Shown here: one piece after another, positions 13,694-26,200 of the stretch
Layout: the number at the start of each line of letters is the position of its first letter
How positions within the stretch are numbered: position 1 is the stretch's first letter
Assembly (NCBI RefSeq): GCF_026571515.1
Contig: NW_026861745.1
Coordinates: 1 to 64,000, forward strand
Source of the DNA: Ruditapes philippinarum
Taxonomy: Eukaryota
Direction of reading: 5' to 3'
DNA: 64,000 bases
Translations under genes and position numbers: made by a program
The notes under the pieces: model-generated
The model's database searches: none
What the model was told of the DNA's origin: nothing
Seen by the model: the letters and a program-made list of their open reading frames with translations, nothing else

Positions 13694-14799
13694 AACTAGA
13701 ACTCCGCGAGTCGGATGTGTCGCCTTGTGAACAATGTAGTTTAGGGGAAATGGCCAGGACAAAAATGAAATATGAAAAATAACAAAGGGCAATAACTAAA
13801 AAAATAATAAGTGCAGAGCAGCAGTTTCTGTACACTGCACTTCTTATCAATAAGATCTATCATTCTATGATGTTTCAAGTCCATAGCTTTCATACTTGAG
13901 GAGAAATGACCAGGACAAAAATAAAGTAAGAAAATCAACAAAGGGCAATAACTCAAAAATAAGAAATGCAGAGTATCAGTTCTTATGCACTGCACTTCTT
14001 TTTAATGAGATCTATCATCCTATGAAGTTTCAAGTCCATAACTTTTATACTTTCGGAGAAATGGCCTGGACAAAAATAAAGTATGAAAATTAACAAAGGG
14101 CCATAACTCAAAAATTAAGAAATGCAGAGTACCGATTCTTGTGCACTGCACTTCTTAATAATGAAATCTATCATCCTATGAAGTTTCAAGTCCATAGCTT
14201 TTATAATTAAGGAGAAATGGCCCGGACAAAATTAAAGTATGAAAATAAACAAAGGGCAATAACTCAAAAAAAAAAAGAAATGCAGAGTACCAGTTCTTGT
14301 GCACTGCACTTCTTCTTAATGAGACCTATCATCCTATGAAGTTTCAAGTCCATGGCTTTTATACATTAGGAGAAATGGCCCGGACAAAAATAAAGTATGA
14401 AAATAAACAAAGGGCAATAACTCAAAAATAAGGAAGTGCGGAGTACTGGTTCTTGTGCACTGCACTTCTTAATAATGAGATCTATCATCCTATGAAGTTT
14501 CAAGTCCATAGCTTTTTTAGTTGAAGAGAAATGGCCCGGACAAAATTAAAGTATGAAAATTAACAAAGGGCAATAACTCAAAAAATAAGAACTGTAGAGT
14601 ACCGGTCCATGTGCACTGCACTTCGGGTTATTGAAAGAAGCATGCATACCAAGTTTGAAGTCATTCAGACTTATAGTGACTGAGTTATGCTCCGGACAAG
14701 CTTTAGGGGACGCCGACAACGACGCCGACACAGACGCCGCCGCCGACACCGCCGACAAAAGTAACCCCTATATGTCACCTTTTCAAGGCGACACAAAAA
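13694..14799 (-). mobile_element. Helentron-associated non-autonomous element (HINE-like) with ~6 tandem 156-bp units
   Basis: On minus strand: T-run, subTIR TGTGTCGCCTT with adjacent IR, (GTCGGC)n microsatellite, ~156-bp tandem core (CAAAGGGC anchors at 13783, 13939, 14094, 14250, 14408, 14564), second subTIR, short hairpin, CTAGTT end. Confidence 0.8.
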
Positions 14800-14940
14800 C
14801 ACAACAAGATGCTATAAAGTTTTCATTAACATCCCCAAAAACACAAAACAATGCTATAAAGTATATTTTCACATCCCCCCCAAAACCCCAACAAAAACAA
14901 AGCAATGCAGAAAAAAAATCAATGCAAAAAAAAGTAAATA

Positions 14941-16700
14941 AACAAGAGGGCCATGATGGCCCTGAGGTCGCTCACCTGTATATAGCCCCCCCCCCCCCGG
15001 CCCAATTTTTACCCAAGGGCTTTTATTTGTTTATTTGAACAGACTTGGTAGACACCCATAAGAAGATGTTTCATGCAAAACATCTAAGTTCTAGCTCATT
15101 GGGTTTTTTAAAAGAAGATTTTTTAAGTTTTTACTATACACATAGAGTAAAAAACAATGACACCCCTCGGGCAGGGCCAGTTTTGACCCCTGGGCTTTTA
15201 TTTGAACAAACTTTGTAGATATTTACTTAAAGATGTTTCATGCTTAATATCTAAACTCTAGTTATTTGGGTTTTTTTAAAGAAGATTTTTAAGTTTTTGC
15301 TATGTATATAAGGAAAATCAATGACCCCAGGGCGGGGCCAGTTTTGACCCCAGGGCTTTTATTTGAACATACTTGGTAGACACCCATTAGAACATGTCTC
15401 ATGCTAAATATCTTAGCTCTAGCTCTTTGGGTTCTTTAAAAGAAGATTTTATAAGTTTTTACTATATGCATATAAGGAAAATCAATGACCCCTGGGGAGG
15501 GGCCAATTTGGACCCCAGGGGTTTTATTTGAACAAACTTGGTAGACATTCACTAGAAGATGTTTCATGCCAAATATATAAGCTTTAGCTCTTACAGTTCT
15601 TTAAAAGAAGATTTTTTAAGTTTTTACTATATGCATATAGGGAAAATCAATGACCCCCTGGGGCGGGGCCAATTTTGACCCCAGGGCTTTTATTTGAACA
15701 AACTTGGTAGACATTTACTAGAAGATGTTTTATGCCAAATATCTAAGCTCTAGCTCTTACGGTTCTTTAAAAGAAGATTTTTTAAGTTTAAACTATATGC
15801 ATATAGGGAAAATCAATTACCCCCCAGGGCGGGGCCAATTTTGACCCCAGGGCTTTTATTTGAACAAACTTGGTAGACATTCACTAGAAGATGTTTCATG
15901 CCAAATATCTAAGCTCTAGCTCTTTGGGTTGTTTAAAAGAAGATTTTTTAAGTTTTTACTTTATGCATATAGGGAAAATCAATGACCCCCCTGGGGCGGG
16001 GCCAATTTTGACCCCAGGGCTTTTATTTGAACAAACTTGGTAGACATTCACTAGAAGATGTTTCATGCCAAATATCTAAGCTCTAGCTCTTACAGTTCTT
16101 TAAAGGAAGATTTTTTAAGTGTTTACTATATGCATATAGGGAAAATCAATGACCCCCCGGGCGGGGCCAATTTTGACCCAGGGCTTTTATTTGAACAAAC
16201 TTGGTAGACACTCACTAGAAGATGTTCCATGCCAAAAATCTTAGCTCTAGCTCTTACAGTTCTTTAAAAGAAGATCTTTTAAGTTTTTACTATATGCATA
16301 TAGGGAAAATCAATGACCCCCCTGGGGCGGGGCCAATTTTGACCCCAGGGCTTTTATTTGAACAAACTTGGTAGACACTCATTAGAAGATGTTTCATGCC
16401 AAATATCTAAGCTCTAGCTCTTAGGGTTGTTTAAAAGAAGATATTTAAAGATTTTTCTTTCGGTTGCCATGGCAACCAGAGTTCTGCATGGAATTAAATT
16501 CTTTGAACAATTTTTAAAGGTGACCACCAAAGGAACATTCCTGTGAAGTTTGGATGAAATTGGCTCAGTGGTTTATGAGGAGATGTCATTTAAAGCAAAA
16601 GTTTACGGACGGACGACGGACGGACGCCGGACGGACGGACGCCGGACGAAAAGCGATCACAAAAGCTCACCCTGTCACTTTGTGACAGGTGAGCTAAAAA
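14941..16700 (-). mobile_element. HINE-like element with ~9 tandem ~166-bp satellite units
   Basis: Minus strand: TTTTTAGCTCACCTGTCAC..GTGACAGGGTGAGCT subTIR/IR, (CCGT)n microsatellite, core units with period 164-167 bp (anchors 15316, 15480, 15645, 15811, 15977, 16144, 16308), subTIR CAGGTGAGC, 3' palindrome AGGGCCATCATGGCCCT, CTTGTT end. Confidence 0.85.
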
Positions 16701-17269
16701 TAGATTTACAAAGAGATTCAAATACAAATTAGCACTTTTAAAATGCTTTTGTTTATCTTTATTTGGTCCCTAAACAAAACTTTTAATATATACACAAAAC
16801 AAAACAATGCCCTCTGTCACACAATGCATGTACATCAATGTTCTTCTGCAAAGTAGGTGGATAAAAGGAAAACAAATATATTTCTGGAATAGTTTCATTT
16901 CATAATCACATCTTTAACCAGTATAACATTAACCTCAAATTTATCATACACCTCATTGTTTCCAATTAACACCCCTCTCCCTCTAATTAGTGCACCCTCA
17001 CCACATTTTGTACTAAAAACAATCTTACCTGATTATAGGCTGATAGATTTATAAATCATTAAAAAAAAAAAACCTGCATTGTAAATTTGTTTTTCAGATC
17101 ATAATAATGAATAATGATTGTTATAATTGACTTGTATCTATAGTAAACATATTTTACAGCACATTCTTATAGTTCTAATTAGCGCCCGCTTTTGAAAAAA
17201 TGCATGCTCAAGAGGGCATTAACTGGAGACAATACAGTAATTAACGGGCTAATTAAATTCAGGATATAA

Positions 17270-20200
17270 TTAATGGAACACAGACATCTTCTTGACTTTA
17301 CAAAGATCATTCTCCGTGTTTCTCAATGATCGTTTAAGTTGAGGCATATCATTGAGCACGTTCTGTGGGTTAGGTAGCTCTCTCCTACTCTGCATTGCCT
17401 CCATAGCTTCCAACACTGAAATAATACAACAGATTATCTAACTGATAACCATGACTACACTGAAATAATACAACATCAGATTATCTAACTTAAAGCCATG
17501 ACATTAAGTACTGAAATAATACAATATCAGTTTATTAGATTGATAGCCATGATAGCTGATATTGTACAATATAAGTTCATCTAATTGAAAGAAAGAAACT
17601 TTATTACTATCTTACAAAATTTGTGCAATATACATGTACCTTCCTCTTTTTAGAGAACATCAAATTATGAGGAGAGCAGTGGGCTAGTGGTTAAGGCTTG
17701 TAGGTTTGAGTTCACCAGGGGGCATGAGTGTATTTTCTCAGACAACACAAGTACTGTTCAGTTCTAGAAAGCAGACTTAAAATTACTTCAAAATAAGCTG
17801 CAAGATTACTTCACAATCAATCTTTAAATAAATAATGTTCAAGCTAACTTAACTTTAGAATGATAATTACTTTCAATCTGTTCCTGTATTTTGTCAAACC
17901 TATCACTGATCTCTGCTTGTACTCTAAGTATATGACTCAACAGGTTCCTCTCACACACCTCTATAGGATCTTCTATTACACTCTCTGTACTGTCGGAATG
18001 ATTCTCCTCACCTGTCTCCTCTACCTTGATTATTACTTCCTGTAGATATATAACAACACAATGTTTGCATGTATAATACAAATACAGTTATAGCACTTCC
18101 CTTTGTGAGTGGAGGGAAAGCATAATAACCACTTAATTGAAGTGAGTCAACATTAAAAAACTATTTCTTTCCTCAAGTAAATTTACTCACACCTTTAACA
18201 CGCTACCCCCTCGTGATATAATTCCTTACATCCAAACTCAAAACAGTGATTTCATTGAGCAATAAAATCACTGTTTGGGATATATTATTTCTTAAATAAT
18301 ATAGCTTAGGTAAGTTTCTCATACTGTTTTATGAAAGAATAGCAAAGATGTTAAAAGCAGATTATACATTGCATGCTCAAAATTTGTTTCACTCCCACAG
18401 ACAGCGATATATTGATACTTTATCTTATGCCTATCTGCACAGAAATCCGAATCACAATGAAGGCGAAACAAATACAGTGGCAATCAGATCTACATGCAAG
18501 AAATAACTTAAGTAGATCTGAACTTCAGTCTGATTGGGACAATTGTTTTAATTAATTTTCTTTTAAATGTAACAAAAGCGATGACTACCTGCTCCAAACC
18601 TGTATTGTTTTCTAACATCATAGACTGTGCTTCATCCTTTATTTCTTCATGCCCATTATCTGTAGTCAGAACTTCTTTCTCCTCTGTACCAGATTTTACA
18701 GGATTGTTCAATACATCTCCAGTTGTTGTAGAACTTTGAGATTCATCTTCCTTATCTTCAACTTTAACTTCACTAACACCTTCTTCAGTTTTCACAGTCT
18801 CAATTACTTTATTTGTATCACAAGAAGTTTCTGCTTTAATTTCTGTTTTTACTTCTTCTTCATTTTCAATTTTAATAATTTGTTTTTGTGGCACAGTTAT
18901 CTCCCCTACCGCCATACTGTCTTTACTGGAACCATTCTGTGGCACAGTTGTTTCCTCTGTTTCAAAACACTCTTTACTGGAACCAGCCTTTGACACAGCT
19001 GTCTCTTCTGCCTTCACATCGCCATTACTTGAATCAACCTGTGACACACCTGTTTCCCCTACCTCTGCCTTTATGCCATCTTTACTGGAACCAGCCTGTG
19101 GCACAGCTGTCTCCCCTGAATTTATAAAATCTTTACTGGAACCAGCCTGTGGTATGGCTGTCTCCCCTGCATTAATACCATCTCTACTGGTACCAGGCTG
19201 TGGCTCCTTGGAATAATCTTTACTGCAACCAGCAATTGGCACAGCTGTCTCTCCTACATTTATACAATCTTTACTGGTGCCAGGCTGTGGCTCCTTGGAA
19301 TAATCTTTACTGCAACCAGGCTGTGGCTCCTTGGAATAATCTTTACTGGAACCAGCCTGTGGCTCCTGGGAATAATCTTTACTGGAACTAGGCTGTGGTT
19401 CCTTGGAATAATCTTTACTGGAACCTGGCTGTGGCTCCTGGGAATAATCTTTACTGGAACCTGGCTGTGGCTCCTTTATACAATCTTTACTGGAACCAGC
19501 CTGTGGCTCAGCTATCTCCACTGCTTTTATACCATCTTTAATAAAACCATTCTTATCATCTGTTGTCAAAGCAAAACTTTCAAAAGTCTCAGACTCCAAT
19601 ACATCCCAGTCAGCTCTCCACATCTTCAACTTTGATTCATCTTTTGTTCTGATATTAGAAAAAATATATGTCAAAACACATCACTCACCCGAGATACATT
19701 GCTAGAAATGGTCACAATTTTTTAATGTTTAAGCTGCTAATGAGGTTACATTGGGTTTGCCATTTTTTAATCCAAGCTGCATACAAGTAATTTTTGAAAT
19801 ATTTGTAGATGTCTGCTACAAAATGATTCATGACAAATATCTAAGCTCTTGGCATTGAAATTCCACGAAAGAAACTTAATTAATTATGTGTTACTATGTA
19901 TGTTTATATAAACTAAGTGACCCTCAGGGCTAGAACCAATTTTGATTCCAGGGGCATGATTTATATAACTTTCATTTAGACATTATATTTTCTAGTATAT
20001 TCAAAGTTTCAAATTTAAAGTTTCAGACATAAGATTTACATTTAAAGTTTTAAACATAACATTTATAGCTAAGACTTCAGACAAAGGTTTTAAACTGTAA
20101 GATTCAAATATATGAATTACATTTTAAGTTTCAAATTTAAAGCTTCAGACACAAGATTTATATCGTAAGTTTCACAAAAGAAATTCAATATCTTAATATT

Positions 20201-23200
20201 TATGCTACAGTCATTAGATTTATATTCAAATATCTATGTTTCAGACATAAGATTTATATTCAAATATTTATGTTTCCGATATAAGATTTATTTTCAATTT
20301 TTAACTTTCAGATATAACATTTATATTAGAAATATTTCAGTTTCTGACAAATTGCAAGTTTCTAATATAAAATAAATAAAAAGACAACATTACAGTATAA
20401 GATATATACCTGAGAACTTTAAGCTGGAGTTTCAGGCTGTGTAATACAGCATTAAGCTGCTGTAACTCCACCACTAGTGTATGCGTAGACTTCACTGTAC
20501 TACATCTCTCCTCAGACATTGGTGGTAATGGTAGAAAACTAAATGATGGTATCTCGCCAGTCTTAAACCAGTCTTGCTCATGTATATACTTGCTACTCTC
20601 TCGAACACCTAGTGATGTACAAACATATAGCTTTTAATTTATAAGCAATACAAGAGAATCAAGTCTTGATTATTTCATTATTAACATCAATATAAATGTA
20701 TACAAATCAATATCATGCTGAATAATTTAATCTAATAATTTTAAAATAAATTTTAAATCTGCAAGTATATTTAATTTGTTATAAGTAAACAAGAGGGCCA
20801 TTATGGATCTTAGCTCACAGAATGAAACTTAAATATGTTTTCTGATATAAGTTTATATAAATCAAGTATACCTAGGGGTTGACACCAATTTTGATCTCAG
20901 GAAGTCCAGACCTGTGTTCTACACATCATCTGATTATAAGTAATATTTCTGCCAAAAACGTTGGTTCAAAAGATACAGTGTGCACAACAAATTTTTAAAA
21001 TTTCAGACAAAATGACAATAGTGTGACCTTGACCTAAGGAAGGACAACCCTCCACTGTGCACATTGTTATAGTTAATACTGCTGCCAAGTAAAAATGTAA
21101 CAAACATTATTCTATGTTCTCCCTATAAAGAGCATAAAAATCAAATGAACTTACATGTTATGATTATTTTTTAAAAAGTTGAATTTATAAATTTATACAT
21201 AAGTTTTACTTACCAGGTGGGTTTTCACAGACAAAACAGATGTATGTTTTTGGCAGAGTCCTCTCTGTTATACCAAAACATGCAGCATGCTGCCAGCACA
21301 TACACACTTCACACTGAATTAATCCAAGTAAACATATAAATGCATTTGTTATAGGACAAATTCCCAGGACATATTGTAAAATAAACTAAACATTTTAAAA
21401 CGTATTATATTGCCTTTAAAAGTATGTTTATACAATATTATTAACACTGCTGTTATCCTCAATAATACGTAAGCTGACACATAATATACATATATGCCCA
21501 TATTTCCTTTGCCGGGGGATTTAATCACTAAATTTTCTACCTCATCCCATCATATTTCCAAGATCTTCATTGATTACCCATGATAACCTGAGGTGGTAAA
21601 CTATGATATTTTTAACAAGGCTCGTTATAGTAAAAATTACTGTGAAAACTGTATGCCACAAAAAATGTTTATTTCAACCTTAAAAGTACTGGTATTTGTT
21701 TTGACAGAAAACACACACTTTTAACCACTGAAAATGAAATAATTCTATTTAATAATGGATTTTTATATCTCCTGGTAACTTAACACTTCAGAAAATTTTC
21801 AACGCAGATATCTTAAATTCTATCATAAAGGAAATTTGAAACTGTATCATATTTCCTTAATTTCCAATGATATTTTAAGGTGTGTGTAAACCCTTTGTAT
21901 AGTTCATGTATATACCTGTATCATTAGACCATTCTCCTCCTGGAAGTCACATATACAATTGACAAGCTCATCTGGTTTCAGGAATTCTTCTGCATCAGTC
22001 ACACTCGACTCCTCCAGGCTGTCTTGTTTCATACCATATACCTGTACAAAATCATCGCTGGCATAGGACTCCGTGTGTTTACTATGTGATGTTTGAGTAG
22101 GTATCTCACCTGTTTCTATAATATAATTATAACACCACATATTTTGATATAATTTCTCAAAAATCAAGAAAATATAATAGAATCTTACATCACTAAATAC
22201 ATTTACATAGGAATTTTACAGTATTTAACATATTTCTTTAAAGATAATCAATCTATTTAATTTGTTAGATAAAAGTCACTGAAAGGTAATTTCTAATTTT
22301 CAATTGTTTCAGACATTATAAAATCTTCCATATATTACAAAAGACACAATGTACACAGTAGTCTAGCCATTGACTATGCAAGCATGATTTGTTTGGTCTT
22401 ATGTCTCACAGACACTGCAAAAAGGTCAAATGGCGACTTTCCAGCTGAACTGGCAGAAGAAGCTGGATAGCAAGCATGATGTATTAACTTCAACAGAGGA
22501 CATAAGCTATGACCCAATTCCTAAATGTTGTAAGAAAATGAGAATGCAACAAAAAAACCTTTTCTTTTCTTTAGTTAGGTTTAACGTTGCACCAACACAG
22601 TATAGGTCGTATGGTAAATTTCCAGCTTTACTGGTGGAGGAAGACCTCAGAAGCCAGGCAGGAATGGGAACCAGAGTAGGATAATCTAGCTTGATAGCTT
22701 CCTCACATGAACAAATCCAAAGTCCCTGTCGAGAATCGAACCCCACATTGGTAAAGGGCAAGTGGTTTTAAGTTAATGACCATAACCACTCAGCCATGAA
22801 CGCCCCACAAAATCTTTTCAATTTATGTGTCAATGGCAAATGGTAAAAATAACAGACAAACTATTCAAATAAACAGAAGCTTAATCACTAAGCAAAATAA
22901 GTACTGATTAAGTATTAGAAATTTCTTACCTTCGATATCTGGTACCTCAGGAAATTCTTGCTTCAAATCTGGCATAAACATGGCACCCTCTGCTGAAAAG
23001 TTACGGTTCTTCTTTGCAGCCAATTTCTTACCACCAACAATACTCTCAGACTCTGTAGAACCTGAACCAGTCAAAGAACAGACTACTCTTTAAGTGAAAT
23101 AAGCAAAATAAGGAACAATTTACATATTCTTATGGCAATAGACTTACTCCGGAATTAATAATATTTTGAGAGTTTTTCCCAGCTAACCAGGGGGTACAAA

Positions 23201-26200
23201 CAAACTTTTAAATTAACAGATTCGAAAATAAGCACAAACAGGGTTACTAGTCTATTGTGACCAGTAGGGTACCATGAAGCTTTAACAGCAAGTTTCTTTG
23301 TACTGGGAGATAAGATTGGATATTCTTGCATATCAGACAGGATTATCTACCGTTTACACTGGTGCTAGAAAACTCTGTCTTACACCCCCCATGTAAGACA
23401 AGTTTTCGCGCTTTAAATGACGCATTGTCGCACGCCTTTTATGATTGAATTGCGTTCTTAGAATTACGTCACTTAACCATTATGAATGAAGTTGTAAGTT
23501 CATACGCTATTATAAGAAAAAAGTACGCAATGAAAATCAATATCAATTTTCGTAATTTCTGTTCTGAATATAATTGATATGTAATATGCAAGAAAAAGAA
23601 TCAAACACTGGCTGTCTGTGAAGACTGGAATATCTAGCTCTCGGTTAACGTTTTAGCGGAAACTCGGCAGAGCCTCGTTACCGCCATTAACAGTTAGCCT
23701 CAAGCTAGATATTCCAATCTGTACCGGCAGCCAGTGTAAGATTCTTATAATCCCACATTTGCTGAGTTCCAGATAACATCTACTGATTGTGTTTATTAAA
23801 ATCAACAGTTCTATGAACAGCAATATCCATAAGTTGCTTGTATTGATGCAAACTTTACATCATTTTCAAAATTAGTTAAATTACCTGTGATTTTATTTTG
23901 GGAAAATATTTGCAAAATTCTCTGCAGTGCAAATGAATTCAGGATAAATTTGCTGATTTAAACAAGCAGTTTACCTGTCCACTAAGTTAAACATGGATGT
24001 GTGCTTATACAGTCAAACGTGTATTAAGCAACCGTGCAAGGGAAACACCCAAAACGGTCGCATTTAAAGTGGTTGCATAAGACAAAAGTCGCTTAATACA
24101 CATGGTCGCATGAGCAAGTTAGACTGTATTAATTAAAAGGAATAATGTATGGTAATGTAAACAACAACAGCAAAAAAATTCCACAACTTACATGTGCTAG
24201 TTGTTTTTCTTCTCCTTTTGGCAGGTGTTGGTAGAGGGGTATCACCATTTATATGATAGTATTTTATATGATAATCTAGTAGATGTTCCTTCCTGAAGCT
24301 TTTATTACAGCCTTGGTACTGACACTTGTACTGATTGTGATCCGATTCCACCACAAATGCTTTTGGTGGGAGCACTCCAATAGGTGCAACTGCAATTCAA
24401 TAGTAGTAGTTGAAACATTTATTTAGCTAGCCTGTGAGGACCCCAAAGTGCATAGAGCCCCAAATGCAAAGTTACAATGCTCATTACTATTACAAGGGGC
24501 CAATATTATAAAGAAATATTCTAATCTCAACTCAGATCTCAGGTATGGTCAGAAACAGGCACAGAGTGAGAATTGACCAATGAAAATCCTGATATCTGAG
24601 CTTGGTCTCAGGAAGAGATATTATAACCTTGGGGCCTGGTTAGAGATGACGTATAAATATATCAAGTTTGTAAAATATTTCAACCACTATCAAGTCTGCC
24701 TGTTTGCTTGTTTTTCTATTTCTATGCTGGTTTTCATACAAATTTGTTGGTCATATCTCTGCCAACTATCCACCTGAAGGTGATAACATCAATAATTACT
24801 AATTTCTCAGCAAGTAATTGACTGCTTGCCTTATTCATCATGAATTCTGATTCAGCTGTGAGAGACAAATAACCATTATACCCAATGTCCCTGGTCAATT
24901 TCACAGAGAAATTACACCTGGTGTCATTATATGAAGTATTACTGAAGTTACCCCAAAAAGATTAAAATATGTATACGCCCCGTCATTTAGAGGCAGGCAC
25001 GTAACCACTAGCAAGGCTTCTGTTAGTGGCAGTTAGAGAGTCATTTACTCCTTGATTTGTGACTTCCAAAATGTAATGCTTTTCCGTCTTTATTAAATCA
25101 TGTGACTTCCAATTTTTGGAATGCCCTGCACTAGGCAACCTTTACCCTTAACTTCAACTAACAAATTTTAATCAAAACTCAAATACATTATTGCATTCAT
25201 ATTAACAAACAATTCTGCAAACCATTTAAAGAAATAACTACTATTCATACACATGCAATACAGTTGGTCTCTCAAACTGACACTTAGCACTGACATATCA
25301 CAATATATAAAATATGACTATAATGATTTAATAAGATTACTCATCTCGCGTGGTATGTGACTAAAAATTATTCTTACTACTTTCTTTGAGATCTAAAAAA
25401 ATAATTAAGGCCTTTACCTGGAGTTGGCACCTGGGGTTGACCCATGATTTGACCAGCACTGGTTCCTGGCACTCCTATATTGTCAATCTACAACATATTA
25501 ACAATCAAAACTATTCATAACCATTCCAGAACAGTATATCAAAAACTTAGGACAAATGTTTAAACACTTGAAAATAAATGGTATATTATCTTTTTTATTT
25601 AAAGAAAGCAGTTATACTTAACAGTAAGACTTACAAACATTCAGTATAAGTATGGAAACATTGCATAAACATGTGAAGCAATTTTACTTGCAAATGTAAT
25701 GAACACAATAAATTCCAATGGACATTCCTTATATCACATGTTTTAATATTCGATTACAAATGTTCATTTGTATTTTCATTTGTATTAACATTACATTGAA
25801 AGTCAAAAATATGTTTCTCTTAATACTCTCACAACAGATCAGACCCGCATTACTGTTCAGACCCTCACAATGGTAAACACCCTCACAATGGACCAAACCC
25901 TCACAATAGTTCAGACCATCACAATAGTTCAGACCCTCACAATAGTTCAGACCCTCACAATAGTTCAGACCCTCACAATAGTTCAGACCATCACAATAGT
26001 TCAGACCCTCACAATAGTTCAGACCCTCACAATAGTTCAGACCATCACAATAGTTCAGACCATCACAATAGTTTAGACCATCACAATAGTTCAGACCCTC
26101 ACAATAGTTCAGACCCTCACAATGGACCAGAACCTCAAACTGGTTCAGACCCTCACACTAACAACGAAAAAGACATGTTGTTTAGAGATGTAGAAGTTTC

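Noticed and set aside
14631-15038. 135-aa ORF with DADNDAD repeats
   Set aside because: Reads through a HINE microsatellite and spans two separate elements.
17670-17830. tRNA-like A/B boxes (also ~460-545 on the minus strand)
   Set aside because: No cloverleaf can be formed; probably decayed SINE heads, too degenerate to call.
18649-19391. Plus-strand ORFs with WNQP repeats
   Set aside because: Antisense shadows of the repetitive PHF20 exon.
25870-26076. ORF of repeated QTLTIV; also considered as a CRISPR-like array
   Set aside because: Translation of an 18-bp intronic minisatellite; no unique spacers; eukaryotic context.
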